A stretch of 64,000 bases of DNA from an uncultured Bacteroidales bacterium (GCA_947593515.1 CANQDQ010000004.1:71254-135253), one strand, 5' to 3'; positions 26,860-36,564 are shown, numbered from the stretch's first letter. Notes: a model not told the origin generated them from the sequence alone. Translations and numbers: made by a program.

Positions 26860-27219
26860 ATGTTCTATATCTCGAAACGCATGGAAATAGCAGGCTCGCA
26901 CAGCCTGACCCTCTCTTACGAAAGCAAGTGCGAAAGCCTGCACGGGCACAACTGGATTGTTACCGTATATTGCAAGTCGGAGACGCTCAATGCCGACGGC
27001 ATGGTGTGCGATTTCACCCGCATCAAGGAGCAGATACACGGCTACCTCGACCATGGCAACCTCAACGAGCTGCTGCCGTTCAACCCCACCGCCGAAAACA
27101 TTGCCCGCTGGGTCGTCGAGCGCATACCCGAATGTTACAAATGCAAGGTGCAGGAGAGCGAAAACAACACCGCCCTCTACGTAGCCGACTCTGCCGGCGG
27201 CGAAGACGACGCCCTATGA
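26860..27219 (+). CDS. queD: 6-carboxy-5,6,7,8-tetrahydropterin synthase
   Basis: CESLHGHNWIVTV (zinc His motif) and DFTRIK...LDHGNLNE. The start could instead be the ATG at 26881. The tracked ORF start at 26455 is an upstream extension. Confidence 0.88.
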   Translation: MFYISKRMEIAGSHSLTLSYESKCESLHGHNWIVTVYCKSETLNADGMVCDFTRIKEQIHGYLDHGNLNELLPFNPTAENIARWVVERIPECYKCKVQESENNTALYVADSAGGEDDAL

Positions 27220-27797
27220 GAGTAAACGAAATTTTTTATTCGCTGCAAGGCGAAGGGCACTTCACCGGCACACCCGCCATTTTCATTCGCTTGGCGGGGT
27301 GCAACCTGCGGTGCGACTTCTGCGACACCGACCATCGCGCCTTCCGTGAACTCTCGGAGGAGGACATCATGCAGGCGATTGCCCCGTACCCTGCGCGTCA
27401 TGTGGTCGTTACCGGCGGCGAACCGATGCTCCAGCTCACGCCCTCGCTCGTGGAGCGCCTGCACCGCGCCGGCAAATTCGTACAGGTCGAAACCAACGGC
27501 ACCGTACCTGCCGCCGACGCTCTTGCCGTCGATTGGTACACCTGCTCCCCGAAATTCGATTTTTGCCCCGATGCACCGCTCCGCCTGCAATCCGTCGATG
27601 AGTTGAAAGTCGTTTATTGCGGGCAGCCTATGGAGCCATACGACGGCATTGCGGCGAAAGTCTATTCCCTGCAACCCTGCGATTGCAGCGATGCGGCGCG
27701 CAATGCCGAACTCCTCGCCGCCGCGATTGCCTACGTCGAGGCGCACCCCCGCTGGACGCTCTCCCTCCAAACCCACAAGCTCCTCCACCTGCGGTAA
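27216..27797 (+). CDS. queE: 7-carboxy-7-deazaguanine synthase (radical SAM)
   Basis: MRVNEIFYSLQGEG, and CNLRCDFCDT as the Cx3Cx2C motif. Its ATG overlaps the queD TGA (ATGA). Confidence 0.9.
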   Translation: MRVNEIFYSLQGEGHFTGTPAIFIRLAGCNLRCDFCDTDHRAFRELSEEDIMQAIAPYPARHVVVTGGEPMLQLTPSLVERLHRAGKFVQVETNGTVPAADALAVDWYTCSPKFDFCPDAPLRLQSVDELKVVYCGQPMEPYDGIAAKVYSLQPCDCSDAARNAELLAAAIAYVEAHPRWTLSLQTHKLLHLR

Positions 27798-27831
27798 TGC
27801 GTAATTCCGTTGTGAAAGCAAGAAGAAAAAA

Positions 27832-27868
27832 GAAAGGTGCGGAACTGTTCCGCGCCTTTCTCTTTTTG
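27832..27868. terminator. Bidirectional rho-independent terminator
   Basis: Arms gaaaggtgcgg / ccgcgcctttc (one G-U pair), with an A-run before and a T-run after. Lies between convergent queE and the 27902 gene. Confidence 0.7.
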
Positions 27869-27901
27869 TTTTCCCTTGTTCGGAAATAGAAATCTCACGT
27901 A

Positions 27902-29413
27902 TCAAGGCACGAGTATTTTGCCGACAGGTGAGCCGTTCCACAACAGCAGATAGATGCCGGAGGGCAGGTTTATGCGTGTAGAGCCGGCAGGCAGATTGTT
28001 CTGATACATCGTGATGCCGGTCGTACCGACGATGCACAATATACCGCCGTCGGTCGTTTCGACGGTCAGACCCGTTTTGTCGGCATGATAGGCGAAACCT
28101 TCCGTATGTTCGACGATAGCCGACGTAGGAATTGTTCGGGTGCAGCAGATTTCCATTTTAGCCGGAATCATTTGGGCGTGATGCACGAGGGCATAAGTCG
28201 TTTTGCTCTCTACATTCATTCGATATGTTATCAGACCTTCTGTGTCCATTTGCTTTTCTGGATTTATTCGCTCGCCCTTTTCCGTATAAAAATCGACGGT
28301 GCAGTCGTTGTTTACCGTCCATATCAAGGTATCTCCGGCAACGGCTTGCATGAAGAAGCCGCCGATGTGTCCGGCTTGCGGAGCGTCGAAGATTGCGGGG
28401 GTGGCGTTTTCGAGTTCGCGGAAGTCGATGCGGACGGGTACGGTCATCGGGAACGTATCCGACAATACCGCTTGGGTAGGACGTCCCGCAAGGTCGTAAG
28501 CCTCTATGCCGAAAAATACGTTGTCATTGCAATAAACGGTTTTCGTGCCGACGTCGAATCGGTAATCGGCGGTAATCTCGTTAGGTACGACATCTTTTAT
28601 CTCAACTGTCAAATCGATTATTTCCAGCGGATTGGCTGGCGCTGTCGTTATACGAATGCGGGGTCCGTGATTGAACCAATAACTGTACCCTCCGATAGCG
28701 TTCTCGGCGGGCAGCGTGTCGGGTACGGCGAAATACCTTACCATAGGCGAGCTGAGCCGTCCGTATTTATCGGTTGCCTGACAGGTAAGCGTGTGTATGC
28801 CTTTGCTCAAATGTTTTACGTCGGCTTCCACATATACCGTTCCGTCTTCGGTCGGTTTCGTCCGGTAAGCCGCTGTTATGTCGCCGTCGAACCAATAGTT
28901 GAAAGTTTCGATTTCATTGTCGGCATAGGTTGCTTCCGGTACGATGAAATATTTTACGGTGGGTGTACTCCACATACCTTGCGTGTCTTTCACGCGGAGT
29001 GTAAGGCGGTGCAATCCCGTGTGCAGTCGGGCAAGGTCGAGTTCCATGTCTGCCGTTCCGTCGGTAAGCACTCCGGTGGTACGATGGTCGAAATCGTCGT
29101 CTATCCACAATTCGTAACTTGCCGGCAGGTTGCCCTCGAGCGAGCGTCCGCTTCGCAAGAAATAATGTACGTTCGGCGAACTCCATCGACCCTCGCTGTC
29201 GGAGGCGCGGAATCCCAACGTGTGTATTCCTTCGCAGAGGGACGATACGTCGAGCTCGGTCTCCCATTTGTCTGTAAGCGCAATGCTTGTCCGGTTGTCG
29301 AAATCGCCGTCGAGCCAGTATTCGCCCTTTTGCAAAACGACTTTTTGAGCAGACACCGGCAATACTGCCGTCAGCAACCCGACCACCGACATGATGATGT
29401 TCTGTATCTTCAT
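27902..29413 (-). CDS. Secreted repeat protein of unknown function with a T9SS-like C-terminal tail
   Basis: Signal peptide MKIQNIIMSVVGLLTAVLPVSAQ. Four units of about 71 aa begin YWLDGDFDNRT (residue 32), LWIDDDFDHRT (102), YWFDGDITAAY (173) and YWFNHGPRIRI (245). The tail is ...TMYQNNLPAGSTRINLPSGIYLLLWNGSPVGKILVP. Confidence 0.7.
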   Translation of the reverse strand: MKIQNIIMSVVGLLTAVLPVSAQKVVLQKGEYWLDGDFDNRTSIALTDKWETELDVSSLCEGIHTLGFRASDSEGRWSSPNVHYFLRSGRSLEGNLPASYELWIDDDFDHRTTGVLTDGTADMELDLARLHTGLHRLTLRVKDTQGMWSTPTVKYFIVPEATYADNEIETFNYWFDGDITAAYRTKPTEDGTVYVEADVKHLSKGIHTLTCQATDKYGRLSSPMVRYFAVPDTLPAENAIGGYSYWFNHGPRIRITTAPANPLEIIDLTVEIKDVVPNEITADYRFDVGTKTVYCNDNVFFGIEAYDLAGRPTQAVLSDTFPMTVPVRIDFRELENATPAIFDAPQAGHIGGFFMQAVAGDTLIWTVNNDCTVDFYTEKGERINPEKQMDTEGLITYRMNVESKTTYALVHHAQMIPAKMEICCTRTIPTSAIVEHTEGFAYHADKTGLTVETTDGGILCIVGTTGITMYQNNLPAGSTRINLPSGIYLLLWNGSPVGKILVP

Positions 29414-29417
29414 ATCG

Positions 29418-30449
29418 TTATTCTTTCGTTTGTGCTTCTACTTTGATGCTCACTTTGAGTTTACCCTCTGCCGAGGTCTTGGTGTCGATATTGCTTTCCA
29501 CGATTCGGGGAGTACAGGGTATTTTGTTCCACGGATAGAGTCCGCCGTGCAATCCTATCTGCGTACTGTCCGTTCCCATGTATTTTTCGGGGTATTTCAG
29601 TTCGAAAGTTTTGTTTTCGGCATAACTGCCGTCGGCATCTTCTTCCGCCCAAACGCCGGCATCGGCAACGTTTGTCCAATTGTTGTTCATGTCCTGAACA
29701 CCGTTGCCGACGGATGAGTTGAGTCCGACAAAAATATTGTTCTTTGCTGTTGCTCCGGAGTAAAGACTTTCATAAAGGATACTGTTGGTGCAAAGTACAG
29801 CTTTGGAAAGATTTCCGGTAACGATACAGTGATCGACCTGAACCGTACTTTTGTCATCTATATAATTAGTGTTGTCTAAGTGAGAATTTACTATATATAG
29901 ATTGTTAAATACAATATAATCATAACTACCCATAATCCTCCAACCAACACATTGCTTTACCGTTAGATTCGTAGTAGTAACCCAACTGGATAGTTCGTTG
30001 AATTTACATTTGGTAATAATTATATCGTTTGTTTCTGATTCTAAACTAATGTAATTTAAGGCAATTCCTTCAAACCGACATCCGTTCACTTTGCGACCCT
30101 CTTTGATTACATTTCCGTCGCTATCATTAATATCGCCATGTCGTAGGGTTATACCACCACCAATGACCGTTGCTTTGGTGCCGGTAGCTTCGTCGTCTTC
30201 AAATCCGGTTCCATAGACGGATAGCGATTTGGTAATGTTGGAGGGGGAGTTGAATTGTCCCGACGACAGGGTTATCACATCGCCGGAGTCGGCAGCCGCT
30301 TCGTATGCATTTTTGAAAGCATCTACCCCGATGAATACCATGGTTTGCTCGCCGTGTTGCAGGGTAGCCGTAGGCAATTCGTTGTTTTGCGCTTTTGCCG
30401 CAAGGAGCGAAATCGCTGCCATTGCGACCGTAAAAATTCTTTTTTTCAT
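29418..30449 (-). CDS. Secreted hypothetical protein, probable parallel beta-helix fold
   Basis: Start trimmed to the ATG at 30449 (MKKRIFTVAMAAISLLAAKAQ). The short hydrophobic-polar periodicity (IIITKCKFN, LTVKQCVGW, LYIVNSHLD, VQVDHCIVT) suggests beta-helix rungs. The stop lies 4 nt before the next gene. Confidence 0.6.
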   Translation of the reverse strand: MKKRIFTVAMAAISLLAAKAQNNELPTATLQHGEQTMVFIGVDAFKNAYEAAADSGDVITLSSGQFNSPSNITKSLSVYGTGFEDDEATGTKATVIGGGITLRHGDINDSDGNVIKEGRKVNGCRFEGIALNYISLESETNDIIITKCKFNELSSWVTTTNLTVKQCVGWRIMGSYDYIVFNNLYIVNSHLDNTNYIDDKSTVQVDHCIVTGNLSKAVLCTNSILYESLYSGATAKNNIFVGLNSSVGNGVQDMNNNWTNVADAGVWAEEDADGSYAENKTFELKYPEKYMGTDSTQIGLHGGLYPWNKIPCTPRIVESNIDTKTSAEGKLKVSIKVEAQTKE

Positions 30450-31013
30450 AATGTAATGTGAATTTGTCTGTCCTTGATTTCCCGGCAGGACGTAAATAAA
30501 ATAAGCACTTGATCTATACAAAAAAAGCGTGGAAATCTGACCTTGTGCCCGTTCCATCGCTTGAGGCTTCTCGCATTGCCTTTCTAAGTCGAACGAGCAA
30601 CGCAGAACCCACGCCGATGGTCTATACATCTCTTTCCCGTATGCACAATGGTGTGTATATGTTTCGGGGAAGGTCAGTAAAAACAATCCCATGAGCATCT
30701 ATCGTTGCCATGTTCCTACTTAGAATTGAAACTTTGCGAGAATTTCAAGCGATCAGGAACAGAAGCGCATGATAAACGCTTTCTCAATATAGCGACTTCC
30801 GTTCCCACCACAAACCGCCGTCATGCCGTTTCCCGTTGGGACGGGATTCGTCATGCGGCTTCGGCGCAGGTACTCGCCACTTTGAAAGTATCGGGCGGAT
30901 TTCTCCGGCGACGCCGGCAAAGTTTTGAGATGGTGGAAGTCGGCGGTAAATATACGAAATATTTTGATGTTAGCAAAAAAAGGTTTATTTTATTTGCCAG
31001 TTAGGCTTATAAA

Positions 31014-31050
31014 TAAAAAAACGCCCAGCCCTGAGTCAAGGCTGAGCGTG
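31014..31050 (-). terminator. Probable terminator of the GH28 gene
   Basis: Imperfect hairpin cgcccagcc / ggctgagcg. The plus-strand A8 run gives a minus-strand T-run. Confidence 0.45.
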
Positions 31051-31069
31051 TGATGTGTACAGGCAGTTG

Positions 31070-32557
31070 CTACCGCTCGAACGTTTTGGATTTTTCGACG
31101 GCGGGAATCGTGCGCCCGTTGAGGCGTACGTTTTTCACGTTCTGCAACACGTACGGCCGTTGGTCGCGGGGTGCGACGGCGACGTTTTCGAGTACGACGT
31201 TTTCCGCCTGCCGTATGATGACGCCCTTGTCGGTGTCGGCAAGAGAGATGTTTCGCAGCTCGATGTCCTGTATCGGCATTTCCGGCAGACCGTTGAAATA
31301 GACGGCTTTTTTCCCGCCGATGCCCGTGATGTCGCTGATGTGGATATTCCGGAATACCGGCGTGCCTTCATCTACGGCGGCGGGTCGCGGCGCGTCTGCC
31401 TCTTTCGTGGCATAATAGAGGTCGAAAAGTATGTTTTCGTTGGCGATGTCGAACATATTGATGCGGCGGCAGTAGATGTTTTCCACCGTGCCGCCTCTGC
31501 CGCGCGTACTCTTGAAGCGCAGACCCACGTCGGTGCCGATGAACGTGCAGCGGTCGATGACGACGTTGCGCACGCCGCCCGACATTTCGCTGCCCACCAC
31601 GAAGCCGCCGTGTCCGTGATACACCGTGTTGTCGCGCGCTACGACGTTTTGGCACGGCCACCCTCTGCGGCGTCCGGCGGCATCTTTGCCCGACTTGATG
31701 CAGATAGCGTCGTCGCCGGCGTCGAACGAACAGCCGCAGACGATTACGCGGTCGCACGACTCTACGTCGAGCGCGTCGCCGTTTTGGGCGTACCACGGGT
31801 TGATGACCGAAACACCTTGTATCACAAGGTCTTCACAATGCAGCGGGTGAATGCACCATGCCGGCGAGTTGCGGAAAACGGCATCTTGCAGCACCACCCG
31901 TTTGCATTCGAACAGCCGCACCATGTTGGGGCGACCTTCGCCCTCTTCGGTGGCGGCTGCGGCATTGGGGTACCACGTGTCGCCGTCGCTGCTGAGCACG
32001 CCGCCCGAAGCGACGAGCTGCTTCCACTGGCTTTCCGTGAGTTTGCCGCGCCTTACCATACGCCACGTGCTGCCGTTGCCGTCGAACACGCCCTTTCCCG
32101 TAATGGCGATGTCGTGTGCGCCGTTGGCGTAAATAGGCGAGGTGGCGTGTATCTTGCGGTTGTCCATGCTGTTGTCGTTGGGCAGCAGCGGGTATTGCGT
32201 GTGGTCGTCGGTGAACAGCACGAAGGCGTTGGCTTCGGTGTGAAGCCGCACGTTGCTCCGCAGCTCGATGGGTCCCGTAATCCACAGTCCAGCCGGAATC
32301 ACCACCGTGCCGCCTCCTTTGCCGTTTACGTGGCGTATCGCCGCGTTGATAGCCTGCGTGTTGAGGGTGCCGGCGCCCGCAGTCGCGCCGAAATCGACGA
32401 TGCTCACCCGATAGTCGGGAAACGTCGGCAGGGCAACCGCCTGCATTTCAAAAGGAATATCTTGGTAGATGTCGTCGGGCAGGGGGCGTATCGCCTGTGC
32501 CCGCAGGGCTGCCGCGCCGCCTAAAAAAGCGCATAGCAGCAATACGATTTTTTTCAT
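31070..32557 (-). CDS. Glycoside hydrolase family 28 (polygalacturonase/rhamnogalacturonase-type)
   Basis: Start trimmed to the ATG at 32557 (MKKIVLLLCAFLGGAAALRAQ). GH28 blocks NGDALDVES, DAGDDAICIKSG, YHGHGGFVVGSE and GLRFKS. Confidence 0.88.
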   Translation of the reverse strand: MKKIVLLLCAFLGGAAALRAQAIRPLPDDIYQDIPFEMQAVALPTFPDYRVSIVDFGATAGAGTLNTQAINAAIRHVNGKGGGTVVIPAGLWITGPIELRSNVRLHTEANAFVLFTDDHTQYPLLPNDNSMDNRKIHATSPIYANGAHDIAITGKGVFDGNGSTWRMVRRGKLTESQWKQLVASGGVLSSDGDTWYPNAAAATEEGEGRPNMVRLFECKRVVLQDAVFRNSPAWCIHPLHCEDLVIQGVSVINPWYAQNGDALDVESCDRVIVCGCSFDAGDDAICIKSGKDAAGRRRGWPCQNVVARDNTVYHGHGGFVVGSEMSGGVRNVVIDRCTFIGTDVGLRFKSTRGRGGTVENIYCRRINMFDIANENILFDLYYATKEADAPRPAAVDEGTPVFRNIHISDITGIGGKKAVYFNGLPEMPIQDIELRNISLADTDKGVIIRQAENVVLENVAVAPRDQRPYVLQNVKNVRLNGRTIPAVEKSKTFER

Positions 32558-32898
32558 GGCAGAAAAATTTTTTAACAGGACAAATATAATGATTGTCAAA
32601 CCGAAAAAAACGAAACGACTTGAAAATTTTTGAGAAAACAATGAAAAAACACCTGTTTTGTAGAAAATCTGCAAAAGTATGAGGCGTTTTTGAGATATTT
32701 TATGTAATATTGCGCCGCAAAAGCAAAAACCGCTATGTGTAATACCGTACCGCATATTCTATTTATCACTACCCCTTAGGGGGGGGAGGTTGAACGTTTT
32801 TTCCGTATTTTTCTCGGTAGAGAATTTTTCTTGTTTTCAAGTCTGTTATTTGGCTGTGGCGAATGCGGTTTGCGCAGCGGTAAAACTATGTATATTCC

Positions 32899-35334
32899 AT
32901 GAAAGTGTTGAAATTCGGCGGAACATCGGTAGGTTCCGTGAAAAGTCTTAAAAATGTAAAACAGATAGTCGAGGCGTGCCAAGAACCCGTCATCGTGGTC
33001 GTTTCGGCATTGGGCGGCATCACCGACAAGCTGCTGGAAACCGCGCGGCAGGCAGCCGCCGGCTTGCCCGATTATGAAGACAATCTGCGCGAAATCGTCG
33101 CCCGCCACCACGACATCATCGCCGGCATCGTAGCCGAAGAGCGGCGCGACGAGGTGCGCCGGCAGACCGACAGCCTGCTCGACGAGCTGGGCAACATCTA
33201 TCGCGGCGTCGCCCTTATCCGCGACCTTTCGGTGAAGACGCAGAACATCATCGTGAGCTACGGCGAGCGCCTGTCGTCGTTCATCATCAGCCGCGTCATC
33301 GACGGCGCGGAGCATTACGACTCGCGCACGTTCATCAAGACCGAAGCGCAGTTCGAGAAAAACATCGTCGATTTCGAAACCACCAACCGCCTGATACGCG
33401 AAGTCTTCGCCACGCTGCCGCAGGTGGCGCTCGTGCCCGGATTCATTTCGTCCGACAGCCGCACCGGCGAGATAACCAACCTCGGACGGGGCGGCTCCGA
33501 CTACACCGCCGCCATTCTGGCTGCCGCCCTCGATGCCTCCCGCCTCGAAATCTGGACTGACGTCGACGGCTTTATGACCGCCGACCCCCGCGTCATCAAC
33601 AACACCTACGTCATCGAACGGCTCTCTTTCATCGAGGCGATGGAGCTTTGCAACTTCGGTGCCAAAGTGATATATCCACCTACGATATATCCCGTTTACC
33701 ACAAGAACATTCCTATCGTCATCAAAAATACGTTCAATCCCGACGCTCCCGGAACGCTGATTACCGAAACCGTCAGCCGTTCCGACGGAAAAGCCATCAA
33801 GGGCATTTCGTCGATTAACGATACCTGCCTTATCACCGTGTCGGGTCTGGGCATGGTGGGAGTCATCGGCGTCAATCGCCGCATTTTCACGGCGTTGGCG
33901 CAATCGGGCATCAGTGTCTTTTTGGTGTCGCAAGCAGCCTCCGAAAACAATACCTCGTTTGCCGTGCGCAATGCCGATGCCGACCGCGCTATTGCCGTGC
34001 TCGACAAAGAGTTCGCCCACGAAATAGAGATGGGCGAGATGAGCGAAGCCCACGCCGAACGCGATTTGGCGACCGTCGCTATCGTGGGCGAAAACATGAA
34101 GCACACGCCGGGTATCGCCGGAAAACTGTTCAACACGTTAGGACGCAACGGTATAAACGTCATCGCCTGCGCACAGGGCGCGTCGGAAACGAACATTTCG
34201 TTCGTCATTGCGCTGGGCAGCCTGCGCAAGGCGCTCAATGTGATACACGACTCGTTCTTCCTCTCCGACACGCAGGTGCTGAACGTGTTTATCACGGGCA
34301 TCGGTCTGGTGGGCAGCAACCTGCTCGAACAGATACGCAGCCAGCAGCCCCGCCTGCTGAAAGAAAAATCGCTGCGCATCAACATCGTGGGGTTGGCAAA
34401 TTCCCGTCAGGCGATTTTCTGCCGCGAAGGCATTTCGCTCGACAATTACGAAGAACAGTTGAAAGCCTCGCCGGTGAAAAGCACGCCCGAGACGATTCGC
34501 GATGCGGTGATACAGATGAACATTTTTAACTCGGTGTTCGTCGATTGCACGGCAAGCCCCGAAATCGCCGCCATTTATCAAGAGCTGCTCGACCACAACG
34601 TGTCGGTAGTGGCTGCCAACAAGGTGGCGGCAGCGTCGGACTATGAAAACTATGCGCTGCTGAAACAGACCGCCCGCCGCCGCGATGTGAAGTTTCTTTT
34701 TGAAACCAACGTGGGCGCGGGTCTGCCTATCATTAATACCATTAACAGCTTGATAAACAGCGGCGACACGATACTCAAAATCGAAGCCGTCGTGTCGGGT
34801 ACGCTGAATTACATTTTCAATGTGCTGAGCGAGGAGGTGCCGTTGAGCCGCGCCATACGCATGGCGCAGGAGGCGGGGTACAGCGAGCCCGACCCGCGCG
34901 TCGATTTGAGCGGACAAGACGTGCTGCGCAAGCTCGTCATTCTCGCCCGCGAGGCGGGCTACCGCATCGAGCAGTCCGACGTCGAAAAAGAGCTTTTCGT
35001 TCCCGACAAATATTTTCAAGGCACGCTCGAAAACTTCTGGAAACACATTCCCGAACTCGATGCCGAGTTCGAGCAGCGCCGTCGTGAAGTGGCGGTGCAG
35101 GGCAAGCGCTTCCGTTTCGTCGCCTCCCTCCGCAACGGCAAGACACGCATCGGCTTGCAGGCGATAGGGCGCGAACACCCCTTCTACGAACTCGAAGGCA
35201 GCAACAACGTGATACTGATAACGACCGCCCGCTACAACGAATACCCCATGATTATCAAAGGATACGGCGCCGGCGCACCCGTTACGGCGGCAGGCGTGTT
35301 CGCCGACATCATCAGCATTGCAAACATTCGATAA
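32899..35334 (+). CDS. thrA: Bifunctional aspartate kinase / homoserine dehydrogenase I
   Basis: 811 aa. MKVLKFGGTSVGS (aspartokinase N-terminus), ACT region, and a C-terminal homoserine dehydrogenase (ITGIGLVGSNLL ... FETNVGAGLPII). Confidence 0.93.
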   Translation: MKVLKFGGTSVGSVKSLKNVKQIVEACQEPVIVVVSALGGITDKLLETARQAAAGLPDYEDNLREIVARHHDIIAGIVAEERRDEVRRQTDSLLDELGNIYRGVALIRDLSVKTQNIIVSYGERLSSFIISRVIDGAEHYDSRTFIKTEAQFEKNIVDFETTNRLIREVFATLPQVALVPGFISSDSRTGEITNLGRGGSDYTAAILAAALDASRLEIWTDVDGFMTADPRVINNTYVIERLSFIEAMELCNFGAKVIYPPTIYPVYHKNIPIVIKNTFNPDAPGTLITETVSRSDGKAIKGISSINDTCLITVSGLGMVGVIGVNRRIFTALAQSGISVFLVSQAASENNTSFAVRNADADRAIAVLDKEFAHEIEMGEMSEAHAERDLATVAIVGENMKHTPGIAGKLFNTLGRNGINVIACAQGASETNISFVIALGSLRKALNVIHDSFFLSDTQVLNVFITGIGLVGSNLLEQIRSQQPRLLKEKSLRINIVGLANSRQAIFCREGISLDNYEEQLKASPVKSTPETIRDAVIQMNIFNSVFVDCTASPEIAAIYQELLDHNVSVVAANKVAAASDYENYALLKQTARRRDVKFLFETNVGAGLPIINTINSLINSGDTILKIEAVVSGTLNYIFNVLSEEVPLSRAIRMAQEAGYSEPDPRVDLSGQDVLRKLVILAREAGYRIEQSDVEKELFVPDKYFQGTLENFWKHIPELDAEFEQRRREVAVQGKRFRFVASLRNGKTRIGLQAIGREHPFYELEGSNNVILITTARYNEYPMIIKGYGAGAPVTAAGVFADIISIANIR

Positions 35335-35346
35335 AAGACCGGAAAC

Positions 35347-36564
35347 ATGAAATACATTATCGTTTTGGGCGACGGTATGGCAGACGAGCCGATACCCGCA
35401 TTGGGCGGCAAGACTCCTTTGCAGGCTGCCGATACGCCCGCTATGGACTGGCTGGCGGCGCACGGCCGCTGCGGTCGCCTCAACACCGTGCCCGACGGTT
35501 TCGAGCCGGGCAGCGAAATTGCCAACATGGCGATTCTCGGCTACGACCTGCCGACGGTATTCGAAGGGCGCGGCTCGCTCGAAGCTGCCAGCATGGGCAT
35601 CGACATCGCCTCCGACGAAATGGCGATGCGTTGCAACCTGATTTGCATCGAAGACGGCAAAATAAAAAACCACTCGGCGGGACACATTTCCAACGAGGAG
35701 GCGGCAGAACTGATAGCCTACCTGCAAAAAGAGCTGGGCGGCGGAGCGGTGAATTTCTTTCCGGGCGTTTCGTACCGCCACCTGCTGAAAATCAAAGGCG
35801 GCAACAAAGCTCTCAAATGCACCCCGCCGCACGACGTGCCCGGCACGCCTTTTTGCGACGTGCTCGTGCGTCCGCTCGATGCCGCAGCCGAGCCGACCGC
35901 CGCGCTGCTCAACCGCCTGATTCTGCGCTCGCAAACGCTGCTCCCACTGCACCCCGTAAACCTGCGCCGCAAAGAGCAGGGCAAGGACATGGCAAACAGC
36001 ATCTGGCCGTGGTCGCCCGGCTACAAGCCCCGCATGGCGACGCTCTCGGCGCGCTACGGAATAGGGCGGGGGGCAGTCATTTCGGCGGTAGACCTTATCA
36101 AGGGCATCGGCGTGTATGCCGGACTGCGTCCCATTGCCGTGCCCGGCGCCACCGGTCTTTACGATACCAATTACGAAGGCAAGGCGGCTGCCGCCATCGA
36201 AGCGCTGCGCACCGACGATTTCGTGTATCTGCACGTCGAAGCCAGCGACGAGGCGGGGCACGAAGGCGATGCCGCCCTCAAAAAGCTGACAGTCGAATAC
36301 CTCGACCACCGCATATTGCAGCCGCTGCTCGACGCCGCCGACAGCTTCGGCGAGCCGCTCACCATCGCCTTGCTGCCCGACCACCCGACGCCCTGCCGGC
36401 TCCGCACCCACACGGCAGCGGCGATACCGTTCGTCATTTACAAGCCGGGCGAGGCGCCCGACGCCGTGCAAAAGTACGACGAGTTCAGTGTGGCAGGCGG
36501 TTACTACGGTACGCTTTCGGGCGACCAATTCATGCAGGCGCTTTTCGCCGCACCCGGAAAGTAA
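35347..36564 (+). CDS. Cofactor-independent phosphoglycerate-mutase-like (ApgM family) protein; likely the homoserine kinase of this thr operon
   Basis: MKYIIVLGDGMADEP ... HVEASDEAGHEGD ... LLPDHPTP are alkaline-phosphatase-superfamily ApgM blocks. The gene sits between thrA and thrC. Confidence 0.8.
   Translation: MKYIIVLGDGMADEPIPALGGKTPLQAADTPAMDWLAAHGRCGRLNTVPDGFEPGSEIANMAILGYDLPTVFEGRGSLEAASMGIDIASDEMAMRCNLICIEDGKIKNHSAGHISNEEAAELIAYLQKELGGGAVNFFPGVSYRHLLKIKGGNKALKCTPPHDVPGTPFCDVLVRPLDAAAEPTAALLNRLILRSQTLLPLHPVNLRRKEQGKDMANSIWPWSPGYKPRMATLSARYGIGRGAVISAVDLIKGIGVYAGLRPIAVPGATGLYDTNYEGKAAAAIEALRTDDFVYLHVEASDEAGHEGDAALKKLTVEYLDHRILQPLLDAADSFGEPLTIALLPDHPTPCRLRTHTAAAIPFVIYKPGEAPDAVQKYDEFSVAGGYYGTLSGDQFMQALFAAPGK

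Noticed and set aside
30705-31004. 99-aa plus-strand ORF in the 620-bp gap
   Set aside because: It has no promoter box, an odd composition (Arg-rich, low complexity), no motif, and convergent orientation into a terminator. It is treated as non-coding.
34138-36528. 796-aa minus-strand ORF across thrA and the ApgM-like gene
   Set aside because: It is antisense to two strongly supported genes, has no motifs, and has an artefact-like composition. The same reasoning applies to 43588-45219, 45325-46389, 47019-47987, 50477-51610, 53910-54767, 54786-56243, 56310-57386, 31055-32524, 32776-34104, 28085-29446, 24356-25177, 9326-10420, 6710-7729 and similar tracked ORFs.
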